This document shows positions 1 through 7,821 of a stretch of 33,052 nt of DNA, piece after piece. Made by a program: the position numbers and the translations under genes. Within the stretch, counting starts at the first letter, position 1, and each line of letters opens with the position of its first letter. The stretch is taken from positions 1 through 33,052 of IMG/VR virus record IMGVR_UViG_3300028588_000066. The stretch is one strand, 5' to 3'. Below the pieces are notes generated by a model. That model saw only the letters and a program-made list of their open reading frames with translations, was not told the DNA's origin and ran no database searches. This stretch comes from a virus. Its lineage: Duplodnaviria > Caudoviricetes.

Positions 1-45
1 CGGACGCGCACGAGGACGGCCGGCACGAGAGCGGCACCGACGAGA

Positions 46-78
46 GACGACCTCGCCCGTCGATGCGGAGAGGTCGTC
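46..78 (-). terminator. Hairpin just downstream of the tRNA 3' end (host side), likely tRNA terminator/processing stem
   Basis: GACGACCTC (46-54) pairs with GAGGTCGTC (70-78); lies 7 nt 3' of the tRNA remnant on the - strand. Confidence 0.5.
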
Positions 79-85
79 GTGTTCG

Positions 86-127
86 TGGGCCCCGTGGGGC
101 TCGAACCCACGACCCGCGGATTAAAAG
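86..127 (-). other. Prophage attachment core = 3' half of tRNA-Lys(TTT) (truncated tRNA copy)
   Basis: - strand reads CTTTTAA TCCGC GGGTC GTGGG TTCGAGC CCCAC GGGGCCC A: anticodon loop with TTT, T-arm with TTCGA, and acceptor 3' strand. tRNA similarity stops at the anticodon loop. It lies 74 bp beyond the integrase stop. Confidence 0.9.
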
Positions 128-201
128 GGCGTGCACGGGGTTCGGCGGCGTCTGTCCCGGATTGGAGTCGACGGGCAGCCTACCGGCCCTGACCAGGACT
201 T

Positions 202-1320
202 TCAGCTGCTGCGGCGAGCTCGGAACTGGATCACATTGGAGTGGTCGGGAGCGGGGTCCTGCCCCACGTCTGCCCCACGAACCGGGCGTGCCAGGGCGGC
301 CATGACCGCGGCGCTCGGCGTGGCCGCGAGGTGCGCGTACCGTCGCGTCGTCAGCGGTGAGACGTGGCCGAGCAACCGCCCGATCTCCTCGAGCGGGACG
401 CCGTTCTGGATCAGCGTCGACGCGTACGTGTGCCGCAGGTCGTGGATCGTCAGCGGAGCGAGCCCGAGGCGTGTGACGGCCGGCGCCCACGTGCGGTTCC
501 GCCAGTTGTTGTAGCCGATCGGGTCGCCGTCAACGGTGAGCACGAGCCCCCGCGGAGATCTCGCGACGCGCGGCTCGAGCAGCTCGGCCGTCCACTCGGG
601 GATCGGGACGTTCCGCATCCGGCGCCCCTTCGGGTAGGCCTTCATCTGCCCGTTCTTGTCGTCCCACGTCTCGCTCACGCGGAGGTAGCCCTGGTCGAGG
701 TTCACGCGGTGCGAGTGCAGGCCGATGGCCTCGCCCCACCGGAGCCCGGTGGAGAGCAGCACCGCGACGACGTCGTGCCCGAGCCCCTCGAGGCCGTCGA
801 GCAGCGTCACCTGCTCGTCCGGGCTGAGGTAGCGGTCCTTCTGCGTCTCGCCGCCGCCGAGCCGCAACCGGGAGGCCGGGTTCGTTGGCAGGATCTCGGC
901 GTCGACGGCGGCCGAGAGCGACGCTGACAGCAGCGCGACGTGGCGCTGCACCGTCGCGGGGGAGAGGCCATCTTCGGTGAGTTCCGCGGCCCACGCGCGA
1001 ACGTCCTGCCGGGTGATCGCGTGCAGGGGCACGGCGCCCCACTTCGGCAGGAGCCGGTGGTCACGGCGTGACGCGTCGACCTTGAGCGTCGACGCCTCGA
1101 CGCCCCGTGTCGGCCACCACCGCTCGACCCACTCGCCCCACGTCTCCGCAGCCGCGCGCGGGTCGCGCCACCCGAGGCGACTGGCCTCGGCCTCGGCGGC
1201 GGCCGCAGCGTTCAGCGCGGGCTTCTGGTGCGGGAAGGTACCGGCGCTCCGCTTGCCGCCGTCGGGCGTGCGGTAGACGCCTCGCCAGCGCCCGGAAGGC
1301 AGCTTCTCGGTCCAGGCCAT
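202..1320 (-). CDS. int: Tyrosine integrase
   Basis: TGLRWGE (R), HDLRHTYAS (HxxR), LGH...TTRRYAH (H, Y) catalytic motifs; N-terminal arm-binding-like domain; adjacent to att. Confidence 0.97.
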   Translation of the reverse strand: MAWTEKLPSGRWRGVYRTPDGGKRSAGTFPHQKPALNAAAAAEAEASRLGWRDPRAAAETWGEWVERWWPTRGVEASTLKVDASRRDHRLLPKWGAVPLHAITRQDVRAWAAELTEDGLSPATVQRHVALLSASLSAAVDAEILPTNPASRLRLGGGETQKDRYLSPDEQVTLLDGLEGLGHDVVAVLLSTGLRWGEAIGLHSHRVNLDQGYLRVSETWDDKNGQMKAYPKGRRMRNVPIPEWTAELLEPRVARSPRGLVLTVDGDPIGYNNWRNRTWAPAVTRLGLAPLTIHDLRHTYASTLIQNGVPLEEIGRLLGHVSPLTTRRYAHLAATPSAAVMAALARPVRGADVGQDPAPDHSNVIQFRARRSS

Positions 1321-1329
1321 GCGTGTCTC

Positions 1330-1707
1330 CTAGGCGGTGCGTCGGACGTCGCGGAGGTACGTCTCGAGGATGTGCGGGGTGACGTCGAGCTCGACGCACC
1401 AGTACCCGGGGTCGGGGTGGTCGGCGGCGACGTCGGCGAGCCGGTCGGGGTCGATCAGGTGACGGGCGGCGAAGATGTCGGCCTGGCGCTCGTGCCGCGG
1501 ACGGTCGTCGCGGTGGCCGAGAGCGGCGTGTCCGAGCTCGTGTGCGAGGGTGCTGCGCTCGAGGAGGCGCCTCATGCCGCGCCGTAGGACGATGACCCGT
1601 TCCTCCGGGATCCACATCCCATTGTCGACGCGGAGCCGGCCGTGGATGACCGGGATCCCCATGCGGTCGGCGTGCTCGTACGGGTCGTACGCCCCCCTCG
1701 TCGTCAT
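1330..1707 (-). CDS. ImmA/IrrE-family metallopeptidase (anti-repressor)
   Basis: ERSTLAHELGH (HEXXH) and ERQADIFAARHLI; sits between repressor and integrase. Confidence 0.9.
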   Translation of the reverse strand: MTTRGAYDPYEHADRMGIPVIHGRLRVDNGMWIPEERVIVLRRGMRRLLERSTLAHELGHAALGHRDDRPRHERQADIFAARHLIDPDRLADVAADHPDPGYWCVELDVTPHILETYLRDVRRTA

Positions 1708-2126
1708 GCCTGGTCGGGATCCAATCGTTCGGCGCTGCGGTCGCGGCTTGCAGCGAGCTCGTCGTAGTGCTCGGCGAGCTGGGTCTCATCGAGACCACCG
1801 ACGTTCCGGTGAAGCTCTGTCACGTTGTCGCGCGGGGGGACGACGTCGGCCGGGCGGCCGTCGAAGCGTGCGCGGAAGACCTCGTCGGCCTCGATGCGCG
1901 CGATGAACGCGTCGGGCTGCATGCCGATCGCCAGGCAGAAGTCCTCGATGTCGTTGAGGGACCACTCGTACTTGCGGTTGCGCCGCTCGCGGACGTAGCC
2001 CTCGGACTTCCCGAGTCGGCGGGCGAGTTCGCGGCCGGACCAGCGTTGTGCGCCGGCCTCTCGGTCGATCGCCTCGGCGACTAGCTGTGCGAACTCGGTG
2101 GGCGCGGGGGCCTGGTGTCTTGCCAC
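1704..2126 (-). CDS. Immunity repressor, XRE/Cro-C1 HTH
   Basis: WSGRELARRLGKSEGYVRERRN HTH; divergent from the Cro-like gene; 4-bp overlap with immA. Confidence 0.85.
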   Translation of the reverse strand: MARHQAPAPTEFAQLVAEAIDREAGAQRWSGRELARRLGKSEGYVRERRNRKYEWSLNDIEDFCLAIGMQPDAFIARIEADEVFRARFDGRPADVVPPRDNVTELHRNVGGLDETQLAEHYDELAASRDRSAERLDPDQA

Positions 2127-2247
2127 GTCGTGACTGTATTGGTTGGAGACACGATCTGTCTACCTAGATACGCAAATGCGTGTCCAGAAGACAATTCACC
2201 CCCCGGGTGAGTTGCACGTGCGTGTCTAGACGCGCATGCTGTCTCTC
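2127..2247. promoter_or_regulatory. Divergent immunity promoters and operators
   Basis: - strand: TACAGT 6 nt before the repressor GTG. + strand: TTGCAC(2212-2217)-17 bp-CATGCT(2235-2240), 7 nt before ATG 2248. Near-palindrome GCGTGTCTAGACGCGC (2220-2235) with related copies at 2178-2193, 2158-2173 and 2139-2154. Confidence 0.7.
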
Positions 2248-2523
2248 ATGGAACAGAACGTGACTCGGACAGGGCACAAAGTGACACTGCGTGAGCAGGT
2301 CGCGTCCAACGTCCGCGCAGAACTCGCCGCCCAGAAGAAGGGCTCGACCGACCTCGCGCAGATCCTCCACCTCGGCTACCGGGCGGCACTCCGCCGCTTC
2401 AACGGCGAGCAGGAGCTGAGCCTGAACGAGATCTCGGCCGTGTCGCTCGCACTCCGCGTGCCGGTGTCGGCCCTCATGGCTCCTCGCCCCGTCGAGGCTG
2501 CCCTCGAGGCCGTCGCGTCATGA
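2248..2523 (+). CDS. Cro-like HTH regulator (start 2248 preferred over 2236)
   Basis: VASNVRAELAAQKKGSTDLAQILHL...RRFNGEQELSLNEI XRE-like HTH; first early gene; ATG 2236 lies inside the predicted -10. Confidence 0.8.
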   Translation: MEQNVTRTGHKVTLREQVASNVRAELAAQKKGSTDLAQILHLGYRAALRRFNGEQELSLNEISAVSLALRVPVSALMAPRPVEAALEAVAS

Positions 2524-2735
2524 CCGAGTGGCTGACCGCGAAGCAGGCAGGGGAGCGGGCGCAGCGGCACTGGCGCACCGTGACCGACGCGTGCCGAGCT
2601 GGTGAGCTCCACGGTGTGCAGCGCTCCGTGAACGCGTCCTGGCGCATCGAGGCAGCGTGCCTCGACGCCTGGGTGCGGGGCACGGCGTGCGAGCACCAGC
2701 AGACGAACGTCATCCCGCTGCGCCGTCGCGCGTAG
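2520..2735 (+). CDS. Excisionase-like winged-HTH protein
   Basis: WLTAKQAGE...TVTDACRAGELHG...WRIEAACLDAW matches the MerR/Xis pattern. Confidence 0.8.
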   Translation: MTEWLTAKQAGERAQRHWRTVTDACRAGELHGVQRSVNASWRIEAACLDAWVRGTACEHQQTNVIPLRRRA

Positions 2736-2808
2736 CTCCCTCACCCCCTCATCTCCCGGTCCCCGCGGCTCCGACTCCGCGGCTGACCCTCACCCCAAGG
2801 GCACCCAC

Positions 2809-3048
2809 ATGAACGACATCAAGAGCGAAGTGCGCTCAAAATCAGGCCAGCGCGGCCCTCGACGTCGCATGACCGGTCACCAGGTCGCCGCCGTTGTGTT
2901 CGCGATCGCGGCCTTCCTCGCCGGCGTGTTCCGCATCCTCATCGGGATCACGCACGGCGACGGGCTGCTCGCCCTCGTCTGGCTCTTCGGCCTTGCCGCG
3001 GTGATCGTGCTCTGGCACGACGCGCTCGCGGACCGGAGCGGGCGATGA
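2809..3048 (+). CDS. Small membrane protein (2 TM helices)
   Basis: Basic N-terminus, two hydrophobic stretches; AAGGG RBS; coupled to the next gene. Confidence 0.65.
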   Translation: MNDIKSEVRSKSGQRGPRRRMTGHQVAAVVFAIAAFLAGVFRILIGITHGDGLLALVWLFGLAAVIVLWHDALADRSGR

Positions 3049-3329
3049 GCACCCAAGTCGACGAGGATCTCGCGCTCCTGGCGCACCTCGACTTCCGCCC
3101 GCCGTGCGTCATCCGCGCCATGGACACCGCGCCCCGCTGCGGGAAGGACGCGGCGTTCTCGATCCGCTGCCGGACGTGCTCGTACGTGTGGCTGGTGTGC
3201 GCCGAGCACATGGCCTTCTACCGCCAGCTCGAGACCGAGACGACGAAGGTCGGGTGTCGGCGGTGCATGACCTACGTCCCGACGCTCGATGAGCTCGCCG
3301 AGATCACGCCCCTACGGACCTCGCTGTGA
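3045..3329 (+). CDS. Cys-rich putative zinc-binding protein
   Basis: C...C, CRTC, CAEH, CRRC motifs; ATGA/GTGA overlaps on both sides. Confidence 0.65.
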   Translation: MSTQVDEDLALLAHLDFRPPCVIRAMDTAPRCGKDAAFSIRCRTCSYVWLVCAEHMAFYRQLETETTKVGCRRCMTYVPTLDELAEITPLRTSL

Positions 3330-3874
3330 TCGTCGTAGGAATCGACCCGTCGCTGTCGTGCACGGGCATCGTCACGGCCGACGACTGGGGCGGTATCACG
3401 ACGGCGCGTGCCAAGACGTCGAAGCCGCCGACGTCGACGCTGCGGGCCCGCCGGCGCCGTGCCCGCATGGCGCTGTCGCGGATCCTCGCGGCGCTGCCCC
3501 CGCACGTCGACCTTTTCGTCATCGAGTCGCCGTCGCCGCGGTCGCAGCACGGAAGCCACAACGACCGGGTGGGCCTCTACTGGCTCCTCGTCGACCAGCT
3601 GCTCGCCCGGGCCGACATCGCCGAGGTGTCCCCGAAGACCCGTGCGAAGTACGCGACCGGCAACGGGAACTCCGACAAGGCGGCCGTCAAGTCCGCGATG
3701 CGCTCGGCCTTCCCCCACGTACCCGTCCCCGACGACAACGTCGCGGACGCCCTGGCCCTGGCCCTCATGGGCCTCCGCCACCACGGCTCGCCCCTCGACG
3801 GCGAGCTGACCCAGAAGCACCTCGACGCCATGGACGCCCCGTCCTGGCCCACCCCTGAAGGAGCAACAGCATGA
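3326..3874 (+). CDS. ruvC: RuvC-like Holliday junction resolvase
   Basis: VVGIDPSLSCTG, VIES, KYATGNGNSDK, DDNVADALAL motifs. Confidence 0.9.
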   Translation: MIVVGIDPSLSCTGIVTADDWGGITTARAKTSKPPTSTLRARRRRARMALSRILAALPPHVDLFVIESPSPRSQHGSHNDRVGLYWLLVDQLLARADIAEVSPKTRAKYATGNGNSDKAAVKSAMRSAFPHVPVPDDNVADALALALMGLRHHGSPLDGELTQKHLDAMDAPSWPTPEGATA

Positions 3875-4182
3875 CCGTCCAGATGAACAGCGGGAAGATC
3901 CCCGACACCGCGAACGGCCTGACCGACCTCGAGCAGGAGCTGCTCAACTTCACCGACGCGGACCGGGTGACGGCGATCGTCACGATCAAGGTCACGAAGA
4001 AGACGCACGACATGGAGTCCGGCGAGGACTACCCGGTCGTGAAGCTGACGCACATCGAGCCCATCCGGACGCCGGAGGCGCTGGCGCAGGCGAAGGAGCT
4101 GCAGCAGTCGGCGTACCAGGTGCGTACCGGCGAGACGGCCCTCGACCTGCCCGACGTCGACGCCGAGGACGTGGACGCGTGA
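3871..4182 (+). CDS. Hypothetical phage protein
   Basis: GAAGGAG RBS, coupled on both sides, GC3-rich codons. Confidence 0.75.
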   Translation: MTVQMNSGKIPDTANGLTDLEQELLNFTDADRVTAIVTIKVTKKTHDMESGEDYPVVKLTHIEPIRTPEALAQAKELQQSAYQVRTGETALDLPDVDAEDVDA

Positions 4183-5273
4183 GCGCCGCGGTGAAGGACC
4201 TCGTCGCCGAGCTCGAGCAGCGCGCCGGCGCCTCCGACCGTGACCGTGCCCTCTGGCTCGCCGAGCGGGCGCAGGGCATCACGGCCACCGAGGTGCGCGA
4301 CCTCTACCTGCGGCGCATCACCGTCGCCGGCCTGATCGCGAAGAAGCTCGCGGGCCCGGAGCCGGAGCTGACGGGCGGCTACATCAAGTGGGGCCGCACC
4401 CGCGAGCCCGTGATCGCCGCCGTCATCGAGTCCATCTACCCGGCTCTGCTGCCGGAGTCGCGCGTCTTCCACGCGGCCGACAACGCGCGGTTCCTCGGCT
4501 CGCCCGACGGCGTCGGCGTCGTGAACGACGCCCTGGTGGTGTCCGAGATCAAGACGTCGAAGTACCCGATCGGACTCGGCTCCGACACGGAGGCGAAGAA
4601 GGGCTACCAGGCGCAGATGACGTGGGTCATGCGCGTCACCGGGGCCCGCCGCTGCCTCTACGCATGGGAGCTGCACGACGACGTCTTCCTCGAGCGGGCG
4701 AACGGCGAGTACGAGCCGGAGCCCGTGGGCCTGGTGCCCGTCATGGAGTGGCTCGACTACGACGAGGCACTGGCGAAGCAGCTCGAGACGATCGCCGTCG
4801 GGTTCCTCGTCGCGCTGGACGCGGCGAAGGCCGGCGACGTCGCGGAGATCGACGAGGAGCTCGACACCCTCGCTCTGAACTACCTCCGCGGGCTCGAGGT
4901 GGAGAAGGAGGGCAAGGCCCTGAAGGAGGTGTCGTACCGCTCGATCATCGAGATCGTCGACGCGGGCGAGTCGGTGGTGCAGGAGTCGTCGCTGGCTCGG
5001 GTGTCGTGGTCGCCGGAGGTCGTCGAGGAGAAGCCCGTCGTCGAGCTCGACCAGGTGCGCGCGAAGGCAGCGGCCCCGGCGGGGCTCTACGAGCGCCTCG
5101 AGCAGGCGGAGGACGACCTGCGGCAGGCGAAGGACGCTCTCGAGCGGGAGCAGCAGGCGGTGACGGCGCACGAGGCGGCGTTCCGTGTCGAGGTGCGCAC
5201 GGAGCGCGTCGTCGTGAAGAAGGCAGCGCTGCGGGTCACCGCGGCCAAGGGCACGAAGGAGGCCAAGTCATGA
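4179..5273 (+). CDS. YqaJ/lambda-exonuclease-like recombination nuclease (RecE role)
   Basis: WLAERAQGITATE, WGRTREP, SPDG, EIKT, YQAQ motifs; directly upstream of Bet. Confidence 0.9.
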   Translation: MSAAVKDLVAELEQRAGASDRDRALWLAERAQGITATEVRDLYLRRITVAGLIAKKLAGPEPELTGGYIKWGRTREPVIAAVIESIYPALLPESRVFHAADNARFLGSPDGVGVVNDALVVSEIKTSKYPIGLGSDTEAKKGYQAQMTWVMRVTGARRCLYAWELHDDVFLERANGEYEPEPVGLVPVMEWLDYDEALAKQLETIAVGFLVALDAAKAGDVAEIDEELDTLALNYLRGLEVEKEGKALKEVSYRSIIEIVDAGESVVQESSLARVSWSPEVVEEKPVVELDQVRAKAAAPAGLYERLEQAEDDLRQAKDALEREQQAVTAHEAAFRVEVRTERVVVKKAALRVTAAKGTKEAKS

Positions 5274-6223
5274 CCGGAACGGTGGTGGCACTGCCCGCAA
5301 CGGGCGACGCGTCGCAGTGGACGGAGACGGAGAAGGCGCTCGTCGAGGCGGCCGGCCTCGTGTCCGGGCCGCCGAACAACAGGCAGCTGGCGCCGCGGCC
5401 CGTCGTGGAGGCGTTCCTGCTCCACGCCCGCCGCACCGGCCTCGACCCGATCGCCCGGCAGATCTACTGCATCGAGCGGAAGGGTCGCTGGGGCACGCAG
5501 GTGTCGATCGACGGCGCCCGCCTCGTCGCTGAGCGCACGAAGGAGTACCGGGGCCAGACCCCGACGCAGTGGACGAACGACGGCGTGACGTGGGCCGACG
5601 TCTGGCTCGACTCGAAGCCGCCGAAGGCAGCCCGGGTCGGCGTCTACCGCGAGGGATTCGTCGAGCCGCTGGTCGCCGTGGCGACGATGGACGCCTACAA
5701 CGCGGGCGGCCCGATGTGGACGAAGATGCCCGCTCTCATGCTCGGCAAGTGCGCGGAAATGCTCGCGCTGCGGAAGGCGTTCCCGCAGGACCTCTCGGGT
5801 CTGTACTCGACCGAGGAGATGGACCAGGCGGGCCAGCCGAAGCAGGCCGCGCAGGTGCCGGCGCAGCCCGCCCTCGTGGAGCCGGAGTCGTCCGGGCGCG
5901 ACTGGGTGGCGGAGGCGCGCACGAAGGCGTCGACGGCCGAGATCAACGCGCTGTGGGGCGAGGTGCCCGGGCACGAGCGGTCGCCGGAGCTCATGGCGTC
6001 GTTGCGGGCCGTCGGTGTGGCGCTGTCGCAGGAGGCCGCGGCTGAGCCGCCGTCGCCGGAGCCGGAGAAGCCGTGGGCGTCGCAGGGTGAGCCGGCCGGT
6101 GCGGAGTGGGTGACGCGTCCGATCCCGAACGGTGACGACGTGCGTCCGGGCGAGGAGGAGACGCCGCCGCTCGAGGGCATGGAGCCGGAGGCGCCGCGGA
6201 CGGGTGGTGACGACCGTGCGTGA
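5270..6223 (+). CDS. bet: Single-strand annealing protein Bet/RecT
   Basis: RTGLDPIARQIY, QVSIDGARLVAER, WTKMPALMLGKCAEMLALRKAFPQDLSGLYSTEEM; ATG 5270 with AAGGAGG RBS overlaps the YqaJ stop. Confidence 0.92.
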   Translation: MTGTVVALPATGDASQWTETEKALVEAAGLVSGPPNNRQLAPRPVVEAFLLHARRTGLDPIARQIYCIERKGRWGTQVSIDGARLVAERTKEYRGQTPTQWTNDGVTWADVWLDSKPPKAARVGVYREGFVEPLVAVATMDAYNAGGPMWTKMPALMLGKCAEMLALRKAFPQDLSGLYSTEEMDQAGQPKQAAQVPAQPALVEPESSGRDWVAEARTKASTAEINALWGEVPGHERSPELMASLRAVGVALSQEAAAEPPSPEPEKPWASQGEPAGAEWVTRPIPNGDDVRPGEEETPPLEGMEPEAPRTGGDDRA

Positions 6224-6719
6224 GGGCAGGACGCTGAACCTTCCGGCCACGACGAAGGACACCGAGCGGTGGCTGACGCCGAGGTGGATCCTCGACGCTC
6301 TCGGTGACTTCGACCTCGACCCGTGTGGCGCACCGGGCTGGCCGACCGCCGACGAGGTGTTCACCCCGGAAACACACGGCGACGGCCTGTCGCTGCCGTG
6401 GCGGGGCCGAGTGTGGCTGAACCCGCCCTACGGCAGCACCATGGGGTCCTGGCTGCAGCGCATGGCCGAGCACGGGCAGGGCACCGCGCTGATCTTCGCT
6501 CGCACCGACACAGCAGCGTTCCACGACTTCGTGTGGCCGCACGTCGATGCGCTCCTGTTCCTCCGCGGGCGCCTGACCTTCCTGCTCCCTGACGCGACGG
6601 CCGCTTCGGCGAACAGCGGCGCGCCGAGCGTCCTGCTGGCCTACGGGGCAAACGACGCCGAGCGGCTCCGCACGTCGGGCATCGCCGGGCACTTCGTGGA
6701 CCAAAGGGCAGCCGCATGA
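6216..6719 (+). CDS. Phage DNA N6-adenine methyltransferase (phage Dam family); start 6207 or 6216
   Basis: WLTPRW, FDLDPC, DGLSLPW, VWLNPPYG, ARTDT, RGRLTF motifs. Confidence 0.88.
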   Translation: MREGRTLNLPATTKDTERWLTPRWILDALGDFDLDPCGAPGWPTADEVFTPETHGDGLSLPWRGRVWLNPPYGSTMGSWLQRMAEHGQGTALIFARTDTAAFHDFVWPHVDALLFLRGRLTFLLPDATAASANSGAPSVLLAYGANDAERLRTSGIAGHFVDQRAAA

Positions 6720-7231
6720 ATGGCGTCGACGAGGCCACGGGCGAGGTCATCGAGGGCGGCACGCTCGACCCGAAGGTCGCCGAGATCCTGCGCACGGTGG
6801 GGATCCACCACCCGTCGAAGGACGACGCCCTGCACGTGGCCCTCGTCGACGCGATCTGGCGGACCCTCGGCGGCTCGTACGGTGCGCAGCTCGTCGCGAT
6901 GCGGTTCGAGGTCGCGCAGGCCCTCCGGCAGGCCGGGGAGGACTACGCGAAGGCGAAGCACCAGACCGAGCGGATCCTCGCCCGGGAGACGGTGCGGCTC
7001 GTCGCGGGCCCGGAGAAGGTCACGCGGGCGCTGGCCCAGCAGATGGCTGAGGCGTCCGATGAGTACGACGCTGCGCGGCTCACGGAGCTGGTGCAGGAGA
7101 AGCGGGAGCAGTGGTTGCGGAAGCTGCTCGACACCTTCGCTGCGGCGATGGACAACCACCGCACGGATCGCGCGGACGACCGTGCGGCCAGTCGGTACGG
7201 AGCTTCGGGCTACGTGCCCGAGGAGAGGTAG
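6716..7231 (+). CDS. Hypothetical alpha-helical phage protein
   Basis: ATGA-coupled, GC3-rich, in operon. Confidence 0.7.
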   Translation: MNGVDEATGEVIEGGTLDPKVAEILRTVGIHHPSKDDALHVALVDAIWRTLGGSYGAQLVAMRFEVAQALRQAGEDYAKAKHQTERILARETVRLVAGPEKVTRALAQQMAEASDEYDAARLTELVQEKREQWLRKLLDTFAAAMDNHRTDRADDRAASRYGASGYVPEER

Positions 7232-7237
7232 GCCGTC

Positions 7238-7444
7238 ATGGCTGACAAGAGAGAGACGTACGCCGGCCTGCTGACCGGCGACCAGATCGGGAAGACCATC
7301 ACGGTCCCCGACCGCGACGGTGACCTCGTCAAGGGCGTTGTGCGGGTCATTGTGCACCAGCCCGGCAATGTTGTGGCCTTGTTCATGGGCGAACTGGCGC
7401 TGCCCCGCATGGTGGCGGCTGATGCGATCGCGGTCGTGTCATGA
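7238..7444 (+). CDS. Small hypothetical protein
   Basis: GAGG RBS; ATGA overlap with the next gene. Confidence 0.6.
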   Translation: MADKRETYAGLLTGDQIGKTITVPDRDGDLVKGVVRVIVHQPGNVVALFMGELALPRMVAADAIAVVS

Positions 7445-7821
7445 ACGGCGACTTCAGCGTCGACGTGAAGACGTCCATCCCCGCGGCCGAGTTCCGGTTC
7501 CTGAGCCAACTCGCCAAGCGCGAGAAGACCACCGTCGGCGTGCTCGTCGCGAGGGCTGTGCACAAGCAGCTGACCAACAAGCCGGTCCGCCCGGTCGTCG
7601 ACGTCACGACTCCGGACGTCAGCATTTCGCGGGGTCGCGGCGGACGGATCTTCGGGGCTGAGCAGGTCGAGGCGCTCCGGTCGCTGTACGAGGAGGGGTA
7701 CTCCGACGTGCAGATCGCACGGCGGCTCGGCTACTCGGTGTCGACGGTGCATCGGCGCCGGAGCGAGCTGGGCCTTCCGAGCACGCGGCCGCAGTACGCA
7801 CCCATCCGGAGGGCGTCGTGA
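7441..7821 (+). CDS. DNA-binding protein (RHH-like N-terminus, C-terminal HTH)
   Basis: LYEEGYSDVQIARRLGYSVSTVHRRRSELGL HTH. Confidence 0.75.
   Translation: MNGDFSVDVKTSIPAAEFRFLSQLAKREKTTVGVLVARAVHKQLTNKPVRPVVDVTTPDVSISRGRGGRIFGAEQVEALRSLYEEGYSDVQIARRLGYSVSTVHRRRSELGLPSTRPQYAPIRRAS

Noticed and set aside
86-160. Intact tRNA-Lys gene
   Set aside because: No D-arm or 5' acceptor strand beyond position 127; only the 3' half is present.
4388-5269. 611-aa ORF as an N-terminally extended Bet
   Set aside because: The upstream part is an Arg/Gly-rich shadow of the YqaJ frame; the real start is ATG 5270 with a strong RBS.
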